Assembly: GCA_002633005.1 (NCBI GenBank)
Contig: NMRA01000604.1
Location: forward strand, 101,955-165,954
DNA from: Phoronis australis
Taxonomy: Eukaryota; Animalia; Phoronida
Direction: 5' to 3'
DNA length: 64,000 nucleotides
Shown here: positions 1 to 12,500 of the stretch, one piece after another
Numbering within the stretch: the first letter of the stretch is position 1
Layout: every line of letters begins with the position of its first letter
Program-made: the position numbers and the translations under genes
The notes under the pieces: generated by a model
Told to the model about the DNA's origin: nothing
Seen by the model: the letters and a program-made list of their open reading frames with translations, nothing else
Databases searched by the model: none

Positions 1-239
1 GGCAGTGCACATTTGAAATAACTCGGCACAAATTAAAGAAAACTTCCGAATCGATGAATGCGGTATATCTGTGAGAGTTAAATCGAATCCTATTCAGATC
101 ATAACTTTGAAGTGGAATAATTCGGTGAGTACAACAGCAAGTCGGTTTTATGCTTAGGCGGACGAACATTGGGCTCCCCAGTATATATGTATTGCAGTCT
201 TACTCGTAATTCTCTTTCCTCACGAAAATATAATCTTAC

Positions 240-470
240 CTTGAAGGTGGAGAGTGTGAGTTAAACATTAATGATGGATCTGTCTCCGTGGATCTTACCA
301 CATTGCAAATAGGCAAGAAAAAACATGAAATTATGGAAACGCGTCTTGACTCTGCGCACTGCAGCACTCCTTAGATTTCCCACGACATACGGGTAATGTG
401 AAAGGCTGTGAGATATTTGATTGGTCGATTCACTTCCTGTTTTAGTGCGCAGGGACACTTACCAAAGGGG
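240..470. promoter_or_regulatory. Putative MOB3 promoter, possibly bidirectional with a minus-strand first exon ending at 240
   Basis: CpG-richer patch just upstream of the MOB3 ATG with an ETS-like CACTTCCTGT (431-440); minus-strand donor AAG|GTAAGA at 240/239 preceded by ATG at 268 (MFNSHSPPS). Confidence 0.35.
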
Positions 471-472
471 AA

Positions 473-517
473 ATGGCGAGTATAGCAGGTTTGACCAACC
501 TATTCTCTAAAGATAAG
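473..517 (+). CDS. MOB3: MOB3 exon 1 ([15 protein letters not shown])
   Basis: ATG at 473, donor GTATGT at 518; phase 0 joins TFRPKK, giving the family-typical F-x-KDKTFRP. Confidence 0.88.
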
Positions 518-3500
518 GTATGTATAGAGCTGCAGATTGACCTAGAAAGTTGTCACTGTGTTCTATCAAGATTTAAAGCCTCCATTATGTAAATCAAATG
601 GATTTTCATTTTTATAATTCCATTGCAACTCCCAAGACACAACTTTAAATTTAAACTTAAAGCTTCCTCGTTGTTGTGGATTCGATTTCGATAACACTAA
701 CACTAACAGCCTGGCCCTGGGGCGAGCTTATCTTGATCTGTTTTAGCACATACCTCTATTAGTATATTATAATAAAACGATTGTAACCACTTGCTTTCCT
801 GTAGACAGGTTCCCCTGTTAGTGTGGCTGGCAGGTGTCAGACAGTGCCACGGTGTTGGTGGCCCTAGACATTGACCACCATCTCGACTCAGTCTAGACTA
901 GAGTCTTGTTCTTGTACTGGCCTAACCTTGTCCTTAGCCAGCCAGCTAGCTGTATGAAGCCTGTCATCAAAATACAGCTAGGTACCATTGCGTATAATTC
1001 TTCCGTTGACCCCGAAAATGCGCACAGCCAGGGTAGTTCTGCTCGTCACCTTGCCGTGAAACTGGTATCAACCGGACGGGGTGCCTGCAAAATGTGGGAA
1101 TCAACCGACACTCACCTTGGCCGTTACAGCCGTTTAAGTGAAAAACAATGTAATAAACGTCATTTTCTTGCGTAACTCTCCACCTTTCCTAACAATGAAA
1201 AGTATGTTGTTGTTTTGAAAACAATACGCTCGTGTCACGCGCACGCGCCATTTCTTAAGTTTTTGCGACGTCTCTCGGGAGATGATGATAATAGCTTGGC
1301 AGCAGCAAAATTTCTTCTGAAATTCAGTTTCTCGGTATTAAAATTCTAAAAACTTACAATGAAGTGAAACCAGTTCTGAAAATTTATTGTGACGTGTACG
1401 CAACCTCGTGAAAGAACAACAGTTGATTGAAGAATCGGCGAAAAAAAAAATGGCCAATAGGAGAGAGACGCAATATTTCATGGTGCCAAATGCCGTCGCT
1501 AAAGATCGCTCCTCAACTTTAGCAGCAGAATAACGGTAGAACGCCATTTTTTTCAACACCGTTATATAGGAAGACTGTAGTTTTTAATGACACTAATTTT
1601 GTGTCAGATTTTATCTTACCACTTTTTTACCTACATCGGTTTAAAGCTGTATATTTAGTACACAGCTTTGTACCAAAGCTAGCCTAACGTAAGACTAAGT
1701 CAGAGACTGTGAAGCTCCTATCATTCCTATGGCTTTTGTATAGGCACTTCATATGCCTGAAGCTTTTCAGCGAATTATGCCTTACACTGATTAAAACATC
1801 AAAGTCCTTTTGCTATAAGTACCTTTTGCACATAGAGGGACACCTTAGGAGGCTGTTGATGTCTTTAATTCCTTTCAACTCGAATAAATACTCCCGTAAT
1901 CAAACTATTTTTTTTTTCAAGCAGTCCTTTGTTCAATTGCCTGACTCGGCGACTGACCATTTTTAGCACTGCGCACCAGGAGATATGAAGTCATATCTCC
2001 TGGCTCATATATTTGCTCTTCTCATGCTCCTGGCTTGCGCAATGTAAAAATGTACAGTTGCTGATATGGGCATAATTCGCTGAAGAACTTCAGGCGTATG
2101 GGAGTATCATTGTCTCTACTGCTAAGTACAGACTGTCTTGGCAGACGTGTGATGTTAGTGTCAAGGCTTATTGGTAGAAAATGTTCCGGCATACTTCTTC
2201 AGCTTGATTTTGAATAGGATGTGCCGTCGCCTAGCTTTCCTGCTGTACCACGATAACAATGATTGATCCCAAACAAAGATCGGGCAGCAATCAATTGCAG
2301 GGTTGCTAGTGTGTCACATTGGTGAGATAGAGAACTTCGCAAGACTTCCACGCCGTCGTGATATAGCTGGAAAGCAAGTTGTCACATTTCTTATAGTGCG
2401 TGAGAGGTATGGGCTACAATGATTGAAATAAGCTCCGGTGGTTTGGAGGAGCACTGCACCTGTACAGGCGGCAGTTGGTCAACCAACCCTGCCACCTAGG
2501 GCAGCGTAGGTAATCCCTATAGGTAACTTGTCAACCGATAGCTATACCTGAAAGCTGGTGAGTAGTTTTGAGGGGAAATATCATTAATAGCAGAGAGTCC
2601 AACAAGTTCAGACTTATCTGTTTTGGTTCAAGTTTTGAAATGTTAGAATAAAATACACGGTTGTCTGGTTACATTTTAACAACTGTAAGTGCCGTTTCCA
2701 TCTTGTCTAATGTGACTGCGCTGAGTATTGTGCCAAGCCATTCCTACGTACTGGCTGGACAGCAAGTAGACACACGAAAACACAAATAGGTAACGTAACA
2801 TACAAAAAGGAATTTGACCTCACTGGCAGTTTTCGTACTCTAATGGATGCGTAATGGATGTTCGCCATTTTTGGAGATACGAGTGTACTGTAGAATATGC
2901 CATCATTCGTATTTTCGAGCTGGCATTTTTCGCCTGTGTTGAGGGCTTATAGAGACGCAATGTCTTGATGTTGCAGTATTCCCCAAATTCTCAAGTGTAG
3001 TTTCCAGCTTTGAAAGCACACCTTTACCATTTTGAAAATTAACTGGAACTAAATTGTTTCAAATAGCACTACAGAAATGTGTTTACTGTCTAGTTATATA
3101 TCTTTAAGCCATAGTGTTTCTACAAGTACAGGCCTGTATGGCAGAATTTCCCTAATACTTCTGGTGATGTCATAAAGTTTAAAATAAAAACTCCCTTTAA
3201 TTTCTATTCATGCTTATTTTTTACCTGGACTAAAGAATGGATTCCAATTTCGTGATGTGTTCAAGTCTGTCTTGTTCTCTCAAAATTGTGAATTAAACAG
3301 GCAGCATTTAGTAAATTTACAGTGTTTGGCTATATTTGAACTGACAACATGGCGGATCTAGGTTAATTCCTGCCTTCTAATTAACTTACCATGCTTGTTA
3401 TTCATTTCGTAAGCCAACACTAGCGTGTATTATCTTACTTAGATCCGGTCAGATTATCACCACGTGTAACTAGATGCGATATTTTCATACGAAAAAGCAT

Positions 3501-6500
3501 TACGTTACTTTATGATATCCAGCACGGAAGACAATGTCACGCGACCATTTCTACTTTTGATAGCTTCCGCTATTTCCCTTTTTCATAAATTGTCTCTTTT
3601 AAACTATTCTTTAGAGTATTCACATGCTGTTTGTCAGTTTTAGGTGAGCTGTCACGTGGACCAGACGGTGGTGTCACCTGGTGTCCGTTTCTTGAATAAG
3701 TGTCTGAAGACTTGGTCTGAAATTTGGACTTAGGCTCTAAACAACTATTTCTGAGAAATCTCACTTAGTCTATGTCGATATACTTACAACTGCTAATTAC
3801 TGACAAAGTAGTATGAATTATTTTTAGGCTGTGATCAGTTTGATGTGGTAATAGATTACGTGATTTTACCCTTATTCATTAATTGCGAAGTTGGGCCGTA
3901 AAATCAAACGTCATAATCTCGAGTCCCTTTCATAAAACTGGGTAAGAGTTTCATGGTTGCACAAATCTTGCTTATGAAGTTAGTGCAAGTACAAGTCACT
4001 TGTAACACACGGCGATATCTTACATCTCACCTCTGCGGAATGCATGCTAGACCCATGGTGATAAACTTAATTGCCATACAATATTTGTAAGATACTGATT
4101 CCTGTTTTAGCTGAATGACAAAATGTTGCTAAATTCTCTGTGTACTAATAAACTTAGCTAGCGTGCTCGAGTTTCAGTTTATGGAATAGATACAGTAAAA
4201 TTTCACCAACTGATGTATTATCAAACAAAAATGCACATAGTATTTTGCATTCATTTGCATGGTTTGTATATGGCCTTACACAGTTAATGTACTGCTGTCT
4301 TGGTTTGTAGTACTTTCCGGGTTAATTTTTACTTTGAAGTGTGTAGCAGTCATGCCAGAATTTAAGTTGATTGGTGGTCAGTAAGCTTGTCACAGACTTT
4401 TGCTTGTGCACGTATCGGACAATCAAGTAGATGTAAAAGTTTGTTTTACCTCTGAAAAGACAAATTTTGCGCAAGTTTTATCATTTTAATAAGTATCCTC
4501 GTGTACGTTTTGTTGTGGAATATACAAAAATTAATTTCCCATAATTTTGACTTTAGCGACCATTCCCAGCTTTTGGACCAGATAATTTCCCATTCAAATT
4601 CTCTGCTGCAGAGACCAAATTAAACATTTTTCTTGATCAACAATTAATGAAATGAATAGATTGCTGTTTGTATGAGTTCATATTGTTAGTATAATTTCAC
4701 ATTAATTTGTTCTCAGAGTAGCCAACAGATGTCAGCATATACTTGCCAATGTGCTCAGGTACATCAGGATGAATTTATTACAATCCCTTCATACTTTTAG
4801 TTAATGGTCTTGCAAATGATAAAATGGATTTAGCGAGACCTAGCCAGCTTTGGAAACAATGTGAAATAAACCATGAAGTTCTTAGGAATAAAAAACCACC
4901 AAATGATGACATTACTAATTACCGTAGTCGTTCGGGTTCATGCCCACATTTGTCTGCCGTTGAGAAAACACAATGTCCTACGAGCTATTGAACACACTCT
5001 GTGCAGGTCATTCGTGTTTGCTCCGTGGAAGTAATGTAGAACCAAGATGGTGGCTCTTTGTTGGGGTGCTTACATCATTTCCTGTTGTTTCATGGAAAGT
5101 AAATATACATTAGGGATAACCTGGATCTGTATTTTTACTACAGGTAACGTCAAAAAATGGTTGCTTTCCTCTGAAATTATCCTATCACCAACTTACATTA
5201 CTTCGCGTATTTTATCTCATAACTGCATGACCTCCTTTCCTTATCGTGAACCTGGATGTGGAGCTCATGTAAGTGCCTACCCCAAACGCCTAAAAAATTT
5301 AAAACAACCCTTGTTTGTTTAGTTCTTTAAATCTATATCCAGACAGGTACGTTATCATTAGAATGTTGGTAATGTTTTGATTAAATACAAGTTATGTTGT
5401 ACTCTTTTGTCGAAGGGTCAAAATGGATAACTTCAAAGTATGGCAAAATTTCATCAATTTCGGACAAAATTAATTACCAAAAATTGCCTTTTTCTCCTTT
5501 TTCAAAGCCTTCTTACATTGAGCAGTTTGAGAGCCCATTATTTTGTTCGATGGTAGATGTCATGCAAAAGTTGAATATTGTAAAGCATTAATGTTGTGCT
5601 TTATTTTACATGAAAAACTGAGAAATTAAAATTTCAGGTGTCGGCCATATTGTGTCCTAAATTGGTGGGAGTTTACTGAAGGATAAAATAAGAATAATGT
5701 GGTTTATCAAGTCCAGATGAAAAACATAGATGTATGAGCTCTTGAGAATGGCAAAATTATTAAGCATTTGACACTCGCCATAGTGTGAAACAGGATGTTC
5801 CAAGGTAGTAGTCATATTGCCCTAACGGTGTCCAGTGTGTCTGAAATATTAACCTTTAGAAACGGGTTTTGAAATTTTCTATCAAGCTCAAAAATGTTGA
5901 GTCACAAGGTCTTGTTGTTAGGCAGTGTTAACTCAATGCATGGAAAACATGAATCGGCTTTTTCTGTCAACATATTGATTTCCGGGCCAGTTAACCCATT
6001 ATAAACCATTGCTTTGGGGAGTTAATGGATAATATGTGTAATAAAGCTTAGCACAAGTTGAAGACATTTCACTCTATCTTCCATGCATGAACAGCTATTG
6101 TGGCCAACATTCCCTGTGGATAACAACCCTAGCCTGCCTTCAGAATTGGAGATTAAACTCTGTTTTCATTGCTAATCATTATAGAGTATTAGATTACAAT
6201 TGCAAATGAGCGTTGTCTTATGTTTTGTGCTCTGGATACAACTGTCTGCCTGTCTGCTGAACTCCGTTCTGTAGTATGGCCAGTCATAGCAGCTTTTCTG
6301 GCGTGTCACCTAAAATTTCAAGGTCATGGATTTCCCGATTTGGAATGTCCAAGGTAGATATTTTGCCTTAGAAATTCTTTACTGATTGGCCGATAATCAA
6401 GTTTTGCTTCTACTTTTGAAAGTATGATTGGTCATGTTTAATTTTGACAAACAGGCAGAGGTAAACCTGAGCTAATTAAGGCCTCCTCTTGCTAATTGCA

Positions 6501-9500
6501 ATCCTAAATGGCTGGTGCTTTTCAAGGAAGCTGGTTTTAAATGCCAACCAACCCTTGAGGGGTGCTGAGACTGTCAAATGGCCAGTTCACTTCACTGATT
6601 AGTGTTTGGGTTCAAACATAAATTGAAATGGGGTTAACGTTTCTTAAATAGACGAGAAGCAGGACTCAGTGGGTTAATAACCACGGCTGTAGATGTGTGT
6701 AATTAAAGAAATGTAAACGATGGGAAGTTTATAGGCTTCGTTCTCTGGAGTTGGTACCTGTAGAAATGTGTGATATGGGTTCAACTTTATGTGTTGATGT
6801 ACGTTCACACGAACCAGAGAAGGGGAGATATCCCGATTCAATGCAAGTCCTTTCATTTTCGTATAAGGTCAGTATAAATGTAAAAGGTCTGTATTCCTGA
6901 GTCACGTCTTTTTGGATGATTGCTTTTGCTTTGTTGATGGTTCTATTTTTTATTTATATTATTTATTTCTTATCTGATGGAAGGGCTCCTTGGTCCAAAT
7001 TTCTCCTTTGTTACATAGCAAAGTTATTGCTCTGTTTGTCAAAAGATCTATTTTGTAGCAGTGTGCAGCTGTAGTTTCCTGGTCTGTAATGCTGGCATGA
7101 TTGACTTGCGTGTCAACACGAACGAACGCTATGCATGTTTTTGTAGCAGGTTCCACCACCCAGCAACTGAGGCTGTTAGCCACCGAAAGAACATTGCACA
7201 GTTTTTAAAACATGGTTTACCACTTACGGAGATTTTGTGTTGAATTTCATTGCCGACTCTTATTTTCTTTCGCTCAAGTAGTTCTGTTTATCTCATTTAT
7301 TATGAATAAATTTCAGATCCACTTGTTATTTGGGCCAGTTAACAAGGGTTATTTTCCAGAGTCATAGGACTATGGTGATTTTACAGCCATCTGGCATGGG
7401 TTTTACAATCTTCTCAAGATTACATTGTTCTATAATGGTTGTTACAATGTGGTGGTCTTGCACCAATTAGCTAACCCTCTTCTCTGGCTGCTTAGTTTCA
7501 AGTGTGTTTGAAATGTCGTCAATCAGTATAATGTTCTGTTTGATATTGAATGGATAATACTTATGAACAGTTTCTAGTACCATTTGGCTGAGTTCTTGAT
7601 TACGTTAATTGTGGTTGGCGGAATCAGACACATGTCATTCTCTTTTCTTGCCGGAAATTTTGTTTCAAATGAAATTCTATTTTTCTGTTAATCATGTTCT
7701 GTGTAGTTGTCACCAGTAATAACAGAGCATGTTGTCACTTTGCGAGGACATGAGTATTGAGGTTAGGTATAATCCGTAAATAAGGTCACTACCATTTAAG
7801 GTGATGTTTTTAACTTTTTTGAAAATTGTTAAATCATTTGCATATTTTGTGGTATTGCTCAATGGGGTTGTTGGGGTCAATTGATTTTCAAAGCTACAGC
7901 TGGAAAGGCAAATTTAGGTAATTACCTCTTGGCGCTTTCTAGGTCTGTATATTTATTGTATTGACTATTTTAGAGAACCAGTTTGATGCCCAGTTATTCA
8001 TTGCAGAAAACTGGTTCTAACTTCATGGAACTGCTCAAAGGCCATAAGCCTTCAGCACAGTTGAGCATATAATATGTATTTACATACGCGGGTACACAAT
8101 TTAGAAATTAAATACGTAACTAAAATGTAATTAAGGACATTTCTCACCCCCCCCCACCCTCCTCCCTGGTTTGTAGGGTAATTCTTGGTTTGTTATACTC
8201 ATTACAACTCTGCTGAAGTCTATTTTAAACTCATTAGTGTGTGTATCACATATTGTTTTTCAACTAGTGCCAAACAAATCAATGTTTAGCCCACATCAAA
8301 GCATTCTGGAGTGTTTGTTATACGCTGTTGTAAACAAGAGTCTGTCTTATCTGGTGCTCAGTAAGGGAATTTGAAGGATCCATTCTCAGGTTGTGTCATA
8401 TGATATCTAGATGGAAAGGGGTGTTTGTAAATAGAGTTGTTCCTATCCATGTAGTAACCAGTATGATGAAGGAATATTCATACATCACACAACAAAGTCA
8501 ATGTAGGAATTGCAATTATGTGCGATATCAAAATCTTTTGAGACATGTATTAAAATCAAACATATTGCTACTCTCTCATTTTCATTGGCAGAAATGTGTT
8601 ATTTCCATTATATTGTCTTATTTACAAAAACAAATCTAGATGATGGCGGGCATTAGGAGCAGTGTTACTGTTTTGAAGATGCTTTTGGTCACCTTGGCAT
8701 ACTTTGTGAAAGGTGTGTTTGGCTTTCTTAGTCGTTTTTATGGTTTTTTTATTAATTTATGTGAAACTCACTGTAATTTATTTAATTTGAATTTTAGCGG
8801 TCTTTTTTGCTAAACTCAAGTCTAGCATCTTTAAAGCATGTAAAGTGCATATGAAGTTTATCATGAAATCATTTCATAATGTAACTGACTAAACATGATT
8901 TACTTTTAATGTTTCTTATTTTTGTCCATGCATTCCAGACATTCCGACCAAAGAAAAAGTTTGAACAGGGAACGTCACGATTTCACCTTCATAAACAGGC
9001 CAATGCAACGCTACAGTCGGGAATAGATTTAAAGGAGGTCGTCCGGCTGCCAAGTGGTGAAGATTCCAATGATTGGATTGCTGTTCACGGTACGCTGAGT
9101 TTGTTTAGAATAACAAAATAACATAAAATATTGCAAACATGGCCACATGGCTCTATGGACTTATATTTGGGACCGTAGCTTTTTATGATTTTCACTAGAA
9201 ATGCATTATTTTGGCTAAAAGATGATGTTCGCTATTTTGGACTTGACAATACATGCTGGTTGTTTTTATTATTTATGCTAAATTTTCAGGGAATTGTTTT
9301 AGCCTGTCAATGTGTTATTTACTTACGACAGAATTCATCGTCATGACCAGCGATGATGGGCAGAAAACGCAAGTAAAATGACCGGCCGTATACTCGAACA
9401 ATAAAAGCCCATAGCTTTATTTTGTAGAACAGTGCATTTCTAAATGTTCTCAGGGAATGAATTGCGTTGAATGTAAGCTGGTGGACTTACATGTGGAATG

Positions 9501-12500
9501 TCAAGGTACATTTTAGTGCACTAGTCACTTTTCACTTACTCAAAGTGACCTCTGTAATACAGGGGTTCTGCATATGAGAACCAGTTTTTTCCCCTCTGAA
9601 TATCAAGCATGAAACTGGTTCTCAAAACCCTTGACCTCCGCTAGTGACTGTTGCACCTTTTGGAACAAAAACATTAAGGTCATGCTGAACTAGCTGCTTC
9701 CTGAGCCTCTTCAAATCACCACCAGGTGGACCTTGTGTTGGTGAAGATAAAAGAAGCCCCTCCTCCTCACGCCGTTGGGAAAGGACAATAAGACTCGGGG
9801 GGGGGGGGGGGNGGGGGTAAATTGTAGGCTTACCTGGATCGGGGGTATATTGTAAGCTTACCTGGAACGCATCACTAAAGGAACTTACTATAATCTATGT
9901 GTTAAAAGTCAAACATTTTATTTAGGCTAGATGATTGGGGTTGCTAATTTTATCCTGGAAGCATTTTTGCATGATAATCTGTCCTGCCTTGATTCCTCTC
10001 TCCAGTTGTTTGATTTGTGTTGTTCGCTTTAAAGCAAGTCTGTATTGGTTGTAGTCGTGGACTTCTTCAACAGAATAAACTTGATTTACGGAACCATCGC
10101 AGATGTCTGTACGGAAACGACATGTCCGACCATGTCAGGAGGACCCAAGTAAGTGACTAGGGGGCTTTAGCTCAACATTTAAGAATAAGTGTTTTCAGTT
10201 AAGTGAGACACCAATAGTGCTTTAGTAGGGGACAAGATTGGTCAAAATCCCAGGGTTCAGTATTCTTTTAAAATTGCTCTTATTTCACTGTGTATTTGTT
10301 GATAGCAGCTGTACAAGAGAATCTGGACAAGTACGGAAGTAGAGTTTTCTTTCTGTACATTTTTCTTGATAAGTTTGATGAAATAAAATTTCACTGTTCC
10401 ATTTTACTGAGTTTTGTAAATTGAAGAAACTTTATCGTCTGTTACCATAGTACTATGCTAAAAAGTGCTGCCTTGTGGTTCACGAGCTCATAGATCATTA
10501 TAAAAATAAACATGATTGATTGGTTTCTTTCTCCTTACCAGAACCTTTCTCTTTGTGCAAGATATGCTATACCACCATTTTTCAAGAATTAACCTCTTGG
10601 TACGAAAACTTAACAATTTAAAAAGTGATCAGGTCTTGTGTGAAACATTAAAGCAGTCCTTGGTAAATTATGTGTTCTGTTCTTGGCCTTGTTTCTACTG
10701 AGCACATAACAAAAACAACACTAAATGGACTTTTTTGTAGCACAGATGTTAGCTGTAGAAAAATGGAAATTGAAAATTTCGGGACTTACTTCCATGCCAA
10801 ATAACAGCAGAATTACTGTACTTTGCAATGTCCAGTGCTCTGTACCTGTAATTACCACCTATGCTTACCTGTGCAGGTATGAATATCACTGGTGCGATGG
10901 TGTGCAGTACAAGAAGCCGACTGCCCTTCCAGCCCACAAATACATTGGATTGTTAATGGACTGGGTCGAACTACAGATAAACAATGAAGAAATATTCCCA
11001 GTCACAGTTGGTAAGGTTTAGGGAATGTCTGCTAGAAGTTCATGCCATGAAAATTGTCTTTGAATTTACAAGATCTCGGTCGTGTTGTATCAAATGTGGC
11101 ACACCTAGTCGTTGGTATCCAAGATAGCCGCGGGCGCAACATGGCAATGCAAATTTGACCATAGTTGGTATTGACACTTAACATCCCTCTTCTTAAACCG
11201 TTTTGTGCCTGCATGTGTGGCTTGTAACAAAACTGGACCCGTTCTTCTCAATGTGGCTTAACTGAGTTTTTTGTCCAAGTTTGGATAGGGAAAGAACAAA
11301 ATGTCTGGAATTCCAGTACTGTCCATCCTCAAAGTAGTGCCCCTAGTGGCTATAGTGGTAGAAAGCGCAAAAAAGTGTTGGCTGCTGCCAAGTTGGGTAG
11401 TCACTCACTCAAATATTAGCCCTGTTTATATGCAGCACTTTTAAGCCCTTACGTAAATGTACACCATACGCAAATCTGCACCCGGGTGTAAAAGTAAATA
11501 TATATTGCATTCGTATGAGGGAAATAAAAAGCAATTCTTGCACTCAGTACTCTATATATTTTGTTGCAAAGTTGACATGAGAAACGTTTGCTGGGAAAGA
11601 GAAGATTTTTCTAGAACAATTGCCTTGAATCTGGGTAGCTTTGATGCTCGGGTATCAATCCCCAGTGTATTGCGTTTGAAACTATCTCACAAATGGCAAA
11701 TTAGTACAAGTATGGATATATTAAGAGCGATTGATGGAATGGTGGCAAAAATTATGAAAATTCCAAACATGAAGGGTCGTTTGAAAATTGTCAAATGGCA
11801 GATCCCTTTCAAAAGTTCTATGGACCTACTCATTTTGCCAAGTTTTCCTGGAATGTATTTCAAACCAATGAGACAATCCAGCTGTCAGGTTGGACTCAAG
11901 TCGTAATGGATGCATACAGGATTTGGTAACTGTGTTGTTGGTAGCCTGGCATACTAAGAAAAGCAGATGTTTTCGTGTACTCAATGCATATGTAAAATTC
12001 GCTCAGTCATTGCTGATTACTTAATAGGTTATTCTTCGCAAAATTTTCACAAGGCCATCGCCTGAGTGGTAAATTTGCGATTTCCTAATTGTTACGTTCT
12101 AGTAGTGGTAACGATGGAAGTCACATATCAATAATCATGTCCGAAATGTTATTTGCAATTTTTGTTTCAACAACATGGTTCTAGTATTCGATTATTTTTG
12201 GTGTGTGAGTACCGGCAAGATTGCTTGGCCGGGTCGCGTTCATGACCGCTGGCTTTTAGAAATTCAGCATTCAAAGTGAACAATGAAATTTCATCCAGCA
12301 GCAGCAACAGTAAAAGCATCAACAACAATAGCAGCAGCAACAGCAGCAACAGCAGCAGCAGCAGCAGCATTTCAGTAAAAGACCATAACAAACCACACAC
12401 GACAACAGAGGATCTTTTGGATGTTTTGAGGGAAGTTGTGTTGCTTTAAGAAGAAATGAGATGACAAGAAATAATTTTGTGATGGCACTTTTGGTGGGGT

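Noticed and set aside
9797-9870. Poly-G tract as a G-quadruplex element
   Set aside because: Contains an N at 9812, so its length is unreliable; likely a contig join.
11457-11906. 149-aa ORF in MOB3 intron 4
   Set aside because: No recognisable motifs or coding-like composition; likely chance.
12167-12400. Poly-Leu ORF or poly-Gln exon
   Set aside because: Just a CAG/CAA microsatellite; MOB3 is complete without it and no phase-compatible exon is evident.
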